DNA of 64,000 nucleotides. It comes from Alphaproteobacteria bacterium. Its GTDB lineage: Bacteria; Pseudomonadota; Alphaproteobacteria; Bin95. The notes under the pieces are model-generated. The model searched no databases. It had not been told where the DNA came from and saw nothing but the letters and a program-made list of their open reading frames with translations. Shown here in pieces: positions 50,184 to 61,920 of this stretch (position 1 is its first letter; each line of letters begins with the position of its first letter). The stretch is from NCBI GenBank assembly GCA_963665325.3, contig CAXXWS020000003.1:768001-832000 (forward strand), in the 5' to 3' direction. The position numbers and the translations under genes are program-made.

Positions 50184-50519
50184 ATGGAAAAACCGGCTGA
50201 GCAGCTGCTGGAGAAGCGCATCCGCGTATCGGCCAGCCAATGGGATCGCCTGCATGTGGCGGCCCAGACGACCAGCCTCACCGCGAATCAGCTCTTGGTC
50301 GAGCTTGCGATCGAGGCTCTCGACCGGCGGGAATGGCCGCACACCGAGGCTGAGATCCGCATGTACCGTGCCAACCTGTTCACCGCGCAGGTGCTCGCGC
50401 GGGAACTGATCGATACCGGGCGCGAGGAAAAACTCGCGGAAATCCGCCGCCATGTCTCGCAGCTGGCTCCCGAATTGCGGACAAAGACATTCGATTCTAC
50501 GCCGTCCGACGCCCGGTAG
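50184..50519 (+). CDS. Small RHH-like DNA-binding protein
   Basis: KRIRVS..QWDRL..AA.......NQLLVELA beta-alpha-alpha pattern; AGGA RBS. Confidence 0.55.
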   Translation: MEKPAEQLLEKRIRVSASQWDRLHVAAQTTSLTANQLLVELAIEALDRREWPHTEAEIRMYRANLFTAQVLARELIDTGREEKLAEIRRHVSQLAPELRTKTFDSTPSDAR

Positions 50520-50628
50520 CCCACGCGGCAGTGGCCCACATGCCCCGGATGCTACGTACGTACGCGGGCTGCCGGCCCGTCGGGCCTGACAATGCTTCAA
50601 TGAGGCCGGCGCGTGCCCACCAGGTGGC
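50517..50628 (-). CRISPR. Degenerate one-spacer mini-array (crRNA-like element) upstream of cas3
   Basis: 50594-50609 equals the first 16 nt of the repeat exactly; 50542-50552 (GCCCCGGATGC) equals the repeat end; 41-nt spacer between them. Confidence 0.75.
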
Positions 50629-50784
50629 GATCGCGTTTCTGATCGTACACAGCGTCATCGCTCCTCTCCCGGCCTTCGCAAGTTCCGGGCTATGCTCAAC
50701 CAAATCTTGATCGCGCCGGACAATGAGGGAGTGAAAAGCGACCGGACCATTCACCGGGCAACATGATCTCCAGCGGAGGATAGC

Positions 50785-53320
50785 TTGGACGGAACAGCGA
50801 TCTATCGAATTGCTCTCGGCGACAACAAACAGCCAGACCCTTGGCAGCATGACCTCATGAAGGGCGAGTGGCCGCAAGTACTGATCGCGCCCACCGGCTC
50901 GGGCAAGACAGCGGCTGTCACTCTCGGCTGGGCCGCGCATCGACTGCGATCGCCCGGTACGACGCCGCTCCGCCTGGTGTGGTGCTTGCCGATGCGTACC
51001 CTGGTGGAGCAGACTGCGGGCGACATCAGAGGTTGGTTTGGCAAGCTGACCGAGGAGACGGATAGTCCAAAGGCGTTGCCCGGCCCAGAGGATGTGCATG
51101 TCCTTATGGGTGGCGTCGAGGCTGGCGACTGGCTTGCAAAACCCGAACAACCTGCGGTGCTCGTAGGCACTCAGGACATGCTCCTCAGCCGCGCGCTCAT
51201 GCGGGGCTACGCCACCTCGCGGGCCAAATGGCCGATGGAATTCGCACTGCTTCATGACGACGCACAATGGGTCTTCGATGAGGTCCAGCTCATGGGGGCG
51301 GGCCGCCCGACATCGGCCCAACTCGAAGCATTTCGCCGATGCGAGGCTGTGCGAGCCGCAAGGGCGCATCGCTCCTACGGTCGTCCTGCCCGAAGTCTCT
51401 GGATCTCGGCTACCCTCGATCCGGCTTGGCTCGAGACCGTGGATCATGCCGAACCACCGCCGGAAGCCGTGGTGCAGGTCGATCCGGGAGCGGCGATCGA
51501 CGGCCGGCTGGCGCGCCTCGCCAAGGCGAGCAAGACACTTCGCCGATCCGACGTCGCGCCAGCGTCCCCAAAGTCCGGTGACGTCGATCATTATATCGCG
51601 GAGATCGCGGAATCCATCCTGGCTGCTCACCGTCCCGGGCATATGACCCTCGCGATCCTTAACCGGGTGGCGAGAGCGCAAGCCCTATATGCGGCGATCA
51701 AACGATTGCTCCGACACCAGGAACCACCGCCACCGACACTGGCTCTCGTCCATTCGCGCTTCCGCTTGGCTGAGCGCGAACAGGAGATGGGTAAGGTTGC
51801 CAGAGGCGAGTCGAATGACGTCATCGTCGTCGCCACGCAAGCCATCGAAGCCGGACTCGACATCTCCGCCGCCGTTATGTTCACCGAGCTGGCGCCCTGG
51901 TCCTCCATGGTGCAGCGCTTCGGTCGCGCGAACCGGCACGCGGAGCTCGATGGCGGGGCAGAGATTCACTGGATCGGCGTGCTCGACGAAGCGAACGACG
52001 AGAAGGCCAAGCGCGTCTTGGCGCTTCCCTACGCGGCCGAGGAGCTTCATTCGGCGCGGGAACGACTCGCGTCGTTGGTCGACGCGGCTCCTGCAAATCT
52101 TCCACCGCCGAATGACATCGATCCCCCGCGTCGTGTCATCCGTAGGAAGGATCTTGACGATCTTTTCGATACGGACCCAGACCTGACCGGCTTCGATGTC
52201 GACGTCTCCCCCTACGTCCGCGATGTGGACGACACCGATATCCGCGTTTTCTGGCGCGATCTGCGCGATCGGTCCGGCACCGACCAGGTGCCGCCCCCGC
52301 CCCATGCGGGCGAGCTGTGCGCCGCTCCGATCGGCTGGGCTAAGGACTGGCTGAGGACGGTGCGAAGGAAAAGTTCCGACGATCTCGTCTTCGTACGTGA
52401 TCCGCAATGGCGGAGCGCGGAGAGTTCGGCTGGTGCAGCGCCGCCCGGCTGGCGGCCCTTTCGGGATGACCCGTGGCCGGGGATGACCCTGCTCGTCGAT
52501 ACCACGGCCGGCGGATACGATGAATCCATCGGATTCACAGGCGATCCCAAACACGTTCCGGCGCCGATCGCCGGCTCGACGGATTCTACGACCGCATCGG
52601 CTCCGTCACCGGCTACGGACGAGGAAGGTCACGACGAAGATCCGCGAAGCGCAATCGGAGTACCGGTGCTGCTCACCGATCACCTTGAGCATGTCGCCGC
52701 GGAGGCCAAGGCCCTCTGCTGCGCACTCGCCGTCGACCCCGAGACCCGCAGAGCCATCGTTCGGGCGGCGAGCTGGCACGACTTGGGCAAGGCGCACGCG
52801 GTCTTCCAGGACACCATGCAGCGAGGGCTCCTCGCACCCGATGCAATTAGAGGTGGGCTCCTCGCCAAGACGGTCGGGACTAACCTACGTCATGGTCGTG
52901 CCTTCTTCCGGCACGAGCTCGCCTCCGCCCTCGCATTCCTTGACCACGAACGCTGGTCGCGCGATGCCGATCTGGTGACCTATCTAATCGCCGCCCATCA
53001 TGGGATGGTCCGGATGAACCTTCGGGCACTGCCGCGCGAGCGCGCGCCAACGGGGGAGCGGGCAGGCGCACACTTCGCCCGCGGGGTATGGGAGGGCGAC
53101 GAGCTGCCGAGCGTCGATCTGGGCGCTGGCGAACGCTGGGCAGGCGGAACCCTTACCCTGTCGGTCATGGAGCTCGGCTGGGACGAGGCGACGCGCGAGA
53201 GCTGGGCCGAGCGCACGCGGGAACTGCTGGTGCGCTTCGGCCCCTTCCGGCTCGCCTGGATGGAGACCATCGTCCGCCTTGCCGACTGGCGGGCATCGGC
53301 TAAGGAACGGGAGGGAGGTT

Positions 53321-53334
<14 letters not shown>
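50785..53334 (+). CDS. cas3: Type I-G Cas3 (N-terminal helicase, C-terminal HD nuclease)
   Basis: APTGSGKT, LPMRTLVEQ, GTQDMLLSRAL, FDEVQLM, QRFGRANR, then HDLGK, FRHELAS, AAHHG, LADWRAS; TTG start after GGAGGA. Confidence 0.93.
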
Positions 53335-56762
<3,428 letters not shown>

Positions 56763-56766
56763 AGGA

Positions 56767-58368
56767 ATGTTTGCCCTCACGTTCCGTTTTCCAGCCGGTC
56801 GCTACCACGCGACGCCGTGGGGCCGCAACGTCAACGAGGCGGATATCGCGTGGCCGCCAGAGCCTTGGCGGCTGTTGCGAACGCTCATCGCCGCTTGGTG
56901 GCGCAAGGGCGATCACGAGCGCTGGTCGAAGAGCGATCTTGCCGCCCTCATCGACACGCTGGCCGAGACCCCGCCCGACTACCACCTACCCGAAGGGGCG
57001 ATCCACGCCCACACACGCCACTACATGCCCCAAGGAAAGTTAGACAAGGGGAGAGAGAGAACGGCGCTCGTCTTTGACGGGTTCGTTCACCTGCCGAGAG
57101 GGGCGGAAATCGTGGCGGTGTGGCCCGACCTGGCTCTGAACGGGGATCTGTTCGAGTTGGCGGCCGATCTCGCCGAATCAGTCGGCTATCTCGGCCGCGC
57201 AGAGAGTTGGACCGAATGTCGGGCCGTGGACCACTGGAACGGCAACGCAAACTGTCGAGTCGTGGGAACCGAGGGCGCCGGAACTTCGATCCGTGTGATC
57301 GCGCCGCGCTCGCCCGCGGCGTATGCGGCCGAACGACAGCGCCTGATCGCGAATGCCAAGCAGGAAACAGCCGGCGCGGCGTTTCGGAGCAAAGCGACCG
57401 GTGCAGACACCCTGCCGGCGCGGCTCGTCGATGCGCTGGCGCTCGATACCGCAGACTATCAGGATCGGGGATGGAGTCGTCCGCCGGCGGCGCGCGAAGT
57501 CGTCTACATGTGCGCCGCAGACGCGAGCCCCGGGGTTATTCCCCGCGTGTTCGTCGGACGTCGCCACGCCATCCGGAGCGAGGATCGGCCGACTGTCGCC
57601 CGGTATCTGGTGGCCGGACGGCCCCTTCCCCGCATTGAAGATGCTGTGAAGCTCGGAGAGCTCATGCGCCGCGCCGCGCTCGCCCAGTTCGGCTGGAGGA
57701 AGGACGAGGTGATCGGCCGCTCGATTCCCAACGCGCCGTGGCAGATCTCGGGACGGGGCGTCGATGGTCGGCCTCTTGCGGATCCATCACATCCCCATGC
57801 TTTCTGGCTGCCGGAGGACGCGGATTCGGATGGCTGGATTGACCATATCTCGGTCTACATCGAGAGTGGCATCGACGATGAAGCCCGCGTCCGGCTCGAC
57901 CGGATCACCCGTCTCTGGCTCGCACCGAGGCAGCGCCCGAGCCACGATGAGCCCGATCCCGCGACTGTGAAGGAATGGCGGCTCGCGCTGGAGGGATTCG
58001 GCCGTCCAGCCGACTTCGCCGGGAGCGCGCGCATCTTCGGAATCGCGACCAAGTGGCGAAGCATGACCCCGTTTCTGGCCGCTGGGCACCTCAAGGCATC
58101 CGGCTACCCGGGCGAGGTTCTCCGCCTGCTCAGACGCCGCGGCCTGGATGCGGACGGAGTGGAGGTCGAGGAGCTGAAGAGCATCGCCGTCGGCGGAACC
58201 GAGCGCCGTGCCCTCCATTTCCACCGATTCCGTTCCCGGGGCGGCGAGAAGCAGCCCGACACGGCCGGCGCCCTCCTGCGCATCGTCTTTCCGCAACCGA
58301 TCACCGGGCCGCTTGCCATCGGATTCGGCAGCCATTTTGGCCTTGGGCTCTTCACGCCCGACGATTGA
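56767..58368 (+). CDS. csb2: Type I-G Cas5/Cas6 fusion (Csb2)
   Basis: GRYHATPWG, WPPEPWRLLR.LIA, YLGRAESW, C-terminal G-loop GPLAIGFGSHFGLGLF. Confidence 0.9.
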   Translation: MFALTFRFPAGRYHATPWGRNVNEADIAWPPEPWRLLRTLIAAWWRKGDHERWSKSDLAALIDTLAETPPDYHLPEGAIHAHTRHYMPQGKLDKGRERTALVFDGFVHLPRGAEIVAVWPDLALNGDLFELAADLAESVGYLGRAESWTECRAVDHWNGNANCRVVGTEGAGTSIRVIAPRSPAAYAAERQRLIANAKQETAGAAFRSKATGADTLPARLVDALALDTADYQDRGWSRPPAAREVVYMCAADASPGVIPRVFVGRRHAIRSEDRPTVARYLVAGRPLPRIEDAVKLGELMRRAALAQFGWRKDEVIGRSIPNAPWQISGRGVDGRPLADPSHPHAFWLPEDADSDGWIDHISVYIESGIDDEARVRLDRITRLWLAPRQRPSHDEPDPATVKEWRLALEGFGRPADFAGSARIFGIATKWRSMTPFLAAGHLKASGYPGEVLRLLRRRGLDADGVEVEELKSIAVGGTERRALHFHRFRSRGGEKQPDTAGALLRIVFPQPITGPLAIGFGSHFGLGLFTPDD

Positions 58369-58440
58369 GCAGAAATGTCACGGCGCGTATTCGCTGGGAT
58401 GCTCCACCATGGCGGGATTGTCAGTGTTTATCACGGGCGA

Positions 58441-59417
58441 GCTTCAATGAGGCCGGGGCCGGTCCGCCGACAGGTCCGCCGGCGTGCCGTCGCTTCAATG
58501 AGGCCGGGGCGCGCGCGCCCCGGATGCTTGCATCCGCTTCTCGAACGGCCGGGAGAGGAAATAGCTTCAATGAGGCCGGGGCGCGCGCGCCCCGGATGCC
58601 CTGAAGCAGCACGGCATCGTCATCATCGAGCCCGAAACCGAGCTTCAATGAGGCCGGGGCGCGCGCGCCCCGGATGCCGCCGTCATCAGGCCGCGTGCGA
58701 GGCGGCGACAAGGGCGCTTCAATGAGGCCGGGGCGCGCGCGCCCCGGATGCCCCGGAACTCGCGGCGGCGGTGGACGTGCCGACGCTGATGCTTCAATGA
58801 GGCCGGGGCGCGCGCGCCCCGGATGCCGGCCCGTCGACGTGGAAATGGTCGCCCGCGCGCAGCTGCTTCAATGAGGCCGGGGCGCGCGCGCCCCGGATGC
58901 CCATCGACGTCCCATCGGGACCAAGCCTCCACTGCGTGCTTCAATGAGGCCGGGGCGCGCGCGCCCCGGATGCCCTGGAACTCGGCGACGCCATCGGCGT
59001 CCGTCTTGCCGTGCTTCAATGAGGCCGGGGCGCGCGCGCCCCGGATGCCCCGGCTGGAAATAACCAGCGTCGGGCGGCATGAAGTCGCTTCAATGAGGCC
59101 GGGGCGCGCGCGCCCCGGATGCCGCGTCGCCCTGGGCGTCGACCGTCAGGAACTCGAGCTTGCTTCAATGAGGCCGGGGCGCGCGCGCCCCGGATGCCTG
59201 CGCTTCCGAACGCCTGGGCCGATCCGCAAGGCACGCTTCAATGAGGCCGGGGCGCGCGCGCCCCGGATGCCGCCGGACGCCACGGAAGGGCCGCTAAACT
59301 GCGGAGGGCTTCAATGAGGCCGGGGCGCGCGCGCCCCGGATGCCAGGTCGCATATGAAATCACCAAGCGCCGCAGACCGGGCTTCAATGAGGCCGGGGCG
59401 CGCGCGCCCCGGATGCC
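58441..59417 (-). CRISPR. Type I-G CRISPR array: 13 intact repeats plus a truncated distal repeat
   Basis: Repeat GCTTCAATGAGGCCGGGGCGCGCGCGCCCCGGATGC(C) at 58492, 58564, 58642, 58716, 58791, 58865, 58938, 59013, 59087, 59162, 59235, 59308 and 59381; spacers about 35-42 nt; the minus strand ends in ATTGAAGC; decay at the left end. Confidence 0.98.
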
Positions 59418-59682
59418 AGGCACCATACAACTTGTTGGTAGCCAAGACAAAATCCAGTCGATTTCGAGCGGTTCGGGAATTTCCTTGCAGCAGGCATCCT
59501 TTTGGCCCCTCGCGTGTCCTGGCGAGCGCCCCAAATCTCCCAGCTATCAACATGTTGCACAGATTCGAGCGATTCCCGGTATTTCTGCGTTGCTTCGCCA
59601 CTCGAACCGACTCGGCGGACCTCGCAACGGCTGATTTCAGTGTCAGGCATCGGATTCGCAATCCCTTGAAGCGAGCACATCA
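59418..59682 (-). promoter_or_regulatory. CRISPR leader
   Basis: AT-richer non-coding region between cas2 and the first repeat, opposite the degenerate end. Confidence 0.7.
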
Positions 59683-59976
59683 TCATACAACAACCGCTTG
59701 ACGCTCGATCGCTGAAAATGTCTTGCCGATGCTCATGACGGCGATATCGGTCTTATCTGCCGGCCCTATGTCGATCACCAGAACGTGGTCCTCGCCCGCC
59801 TTGATAAGTTCGCGCAGCTTCGTTTCCAGTTCAGCGCGACGACGACGCGACAGGCGGCACTGGAACACCGATAGCTGGAGCCATTCCCCAAAGCCGTGCA
59901 TGGTCTTGAAAACGCGCCGCCAGCGTCGCGTATCTGAGATGTCGTATGTGACGATGTAGGTGCGCTCATCGCTCAT
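59683..59976 (-). CDS. cas2: Cas2
   Basis: YIVTYDISD.RRWRRV...GEWLQLSVFQC. Confidence 0.93.
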   Translation of the reverse strand: MSDERTYIVTYDISDTRRWRRVFKTMHGFGEWLQLSVFQCRLSRRRRAELETKLRELIKAGEDHVLVIDIGPADKTDIAVMSIGKTFSAIERQAVVV

Positions 59977-59988
59977 GGTGACCACCTG

Positions 59989-61725
59989 TCATCGGGGAAG
60001 GTAGTGCGGATAATCGGGCAGTTCGCCCAGCAGATGGCGGCACAGCAGGCGCGCCTGGAGCAGCAGAAGCCGCCGCATGCTGAGCCGGTAGCCGAACAGC
60101 GGGTGGGTGGTTTCCTGAGAGAGCCGGCGCTCGAACGCGCCGACGAAACGGCGGCGCCCTGCTTGTGTCAGGGACGTGCCGGTGGGAGCGCTGACAAAGT
60201 CCCCCGGCGAGACCTCGCCGGTGTTGACCGCCGACAGGACCACCGAGTCCGCGATGATCGGCCGAAACGGCTCCATCACGTCGAGGGCGAGCGCGGGCTT
60301 TCCGTATCGCGGCGCATGGAAGAAGCCCCGATAGGGATCGAGACCAACCGTTGCTAGCGCGACGGTCAGATGGCGCGTCAGCATGGCGTATGCGAGCGAC
60401 AGCATGGCATTTACGGGATCGGTCGGAGGACGCCGGTTGCGGGCGTCGAAACGGAACGGCGCCAAGCTATCCCCAGCTTCCGCCGATTCCTTGGTGCCCG
60501 GTGGCGTCAGTAGATCGGAAAATGCACGGAAGTACGTTGCTGCCGCGTCCCCTTCCAGTCCGAGCAACGCGCTCACCGCAGTCGCGCGCTTCGTCGACCT
60601 CCGGGCGGCGTTGAGCCGGTCCAGCACGACCTTGCGCTGCTCGCGGTCGCCGCGCCAGTTGCGGCGCACAATGGTCCGCTGGTTCACGATCTTCGCGGCG
60701 ACCAGATCGCGGGCGAAGGCCAGGCAATAGGCAGGGTCGAAGCTGCGCTGGTACTGCGCCGTTCGGACTTCCACATTGCGGTGGCCAACTCCGTGGGCGA
60801 TGCCCCGAAACCAGCCGCCATGGCTGTGGAAGGCGACCGGGATTTCGCGGTCCATGAGTGCGGCAAGCGCGGGCGTGGTGATCGAGACGTTACCGAACAG
60901 CGCCACGTCGGACACATCGTTCAACCGGACGGTGGTATCGCCCTGCTCCTCGTCGGCGACCTTCAGTGTTTCGCCTTCTTTCGAGACCCGCGCCCTCTGC
61001 GACTGGACAACCAGCGGCAGGGCCTCGTCCGCCCCGATGGCGATGGGGCGGGGCGCCAGATCGGAGCCCCCGAGCGCGCGCATCTCGTCCGGAAGGCAAA
61101 TGGACACTAGCGCACAGCGTGGGCATTTCGGGCTGTCCCGTAAGGGTGGCGGAATGCGGCCGTGGGCGACCGTCAGACGCAGCCGGCTCACCGCCTCCCG
61201 TGCGGCGAGGCGGAGTTCATCGTCCAGGACAATCCGGACTCGCTCGCGGCTCTCGGCATACCAGATGGCGCCTTCCTCAACCCTGTAGCCGTGCTCTTCG
61301 AGCAGCAGCGCCTGAAGGCAAACCTGGACACGCTCCGGCTCGTAGGCGCCCTTCTCGACATGGGGCCGCTTTCCGCGCTTATAGTCGACCGGCGTAACCG
61401 CGCCGTTCTCGGCCTCGGCAATGTCGATTTTCGCGATAACACCGAGCTTCTCGGACGAGAGCGTCAGAGAGCGGCTGACAACCTTGGTATCGTCGCTCTC
61501 CAGAGCTTCGGGATCGGGCAACGGTTTGTTGGGTCGGTCGACTCGAGTATGCACCCGCCGCCCGTCCACCGTGTCGCCGGTCTCCGCCCATTCGGCCTGA
61601 CCCCACATGAGATAGGCGAGGCGCGGGCAATAGACGAACTCGTTCACCATCCTTGCCGGCACCAGCGGATGCTCGCCGGTCGCCGACGGCGCGGGAAGAT
61701 GGAGTTCAAGTTGCTTGGTTGTCAT
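59989..61725 (-). CDS. cas1: Cas4-Cas1 fusion
   Basis: Cas4: YCPR, KIDIAE, VDYKRGK, CPRCALVSIC; Cas1: LLGLEGDAAATYF, RRPPTDPVNAMLS..Y, LALDVMEPFR. Confidence 0.94.
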   Translation of the reverse strand: MTTKQLELHLPAPSATGEHPLVPARMVNEFVYCPRLAYLMWGQAEWAETGDTVDGRRVHTRVDRPNKPLPDPEALESDDTKVVSRSLTLSSEKLGVIAKIDIAEAENGAVTPVDYKRGKRPHVEKGAYEPERVQVCLQALLLEEHGYRVEEGAIWYAESRERVRIVLDDELRLAAREAVSRLRLTVAHGRIPPPLRDSPKCPRCALVSICLPDEMRALGGSDLAPRPIAIGADEALPLVVQSQRARVSKEGETLKVADEEQGDTTVRLNDVSDVALFGNVSITTPALAALMDREIPVAFHSHGGWFRGIAHGVGHRNVEVRTAQYQRSFDPAYCLAFARDLVAAKIVNQRTIVRRNWRGDREQRKVVLDRLNAARRSTKRATAVSALLGLEGDAAATYFRAFSDLLTPPGTKESAEAGDSLAPFRFDARNRRPPTDPVNAMLSLAYAMLTRHLTVALATVGLDPYRGFFHAPRYGKPALALDVMEPFRPIIADSVVLSAVNTGEVSPGDFVSAPTGTSLTQAGRRRFVGAFERRLSQETTHPLFGYRLSMRRLLLLQARLLCRHLLGELPDYPHYLPR

Positions 61726-61920
61726 CCGGCGGCTATCTGCTCCGAACGTCGGCGACGAGACCGTACCTCCAGATGCCCATAGTGCGCGTTTCTTTCAAAC
61801 TGGACACCCACTAATCCCCTGGCAGGGACAAACTAGAGCTGAATGACGCTGACGAGGCTTCCCTACCGATCACACCACGGTATTAGCCCGTGCCCCCAAG
61901 GCACAAACACTGGCATTGGA

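Noticed and set aside
58528-59380. Self-targeting of island genes by main-array spacers
   Set aside because: No match found by eye within the window; a proper alignment was not possible.
59638-59649. TTC-AGTGTCAGGC in the leader as a second target of the mini-array spacer
   Set aside because: Only 9/10 with a mismatch at seed position 2; could easily be chance.
58375-59701. Short ORFs across the CRISPR array
   Set aside because: Artefacts of the ATG within each repeat.
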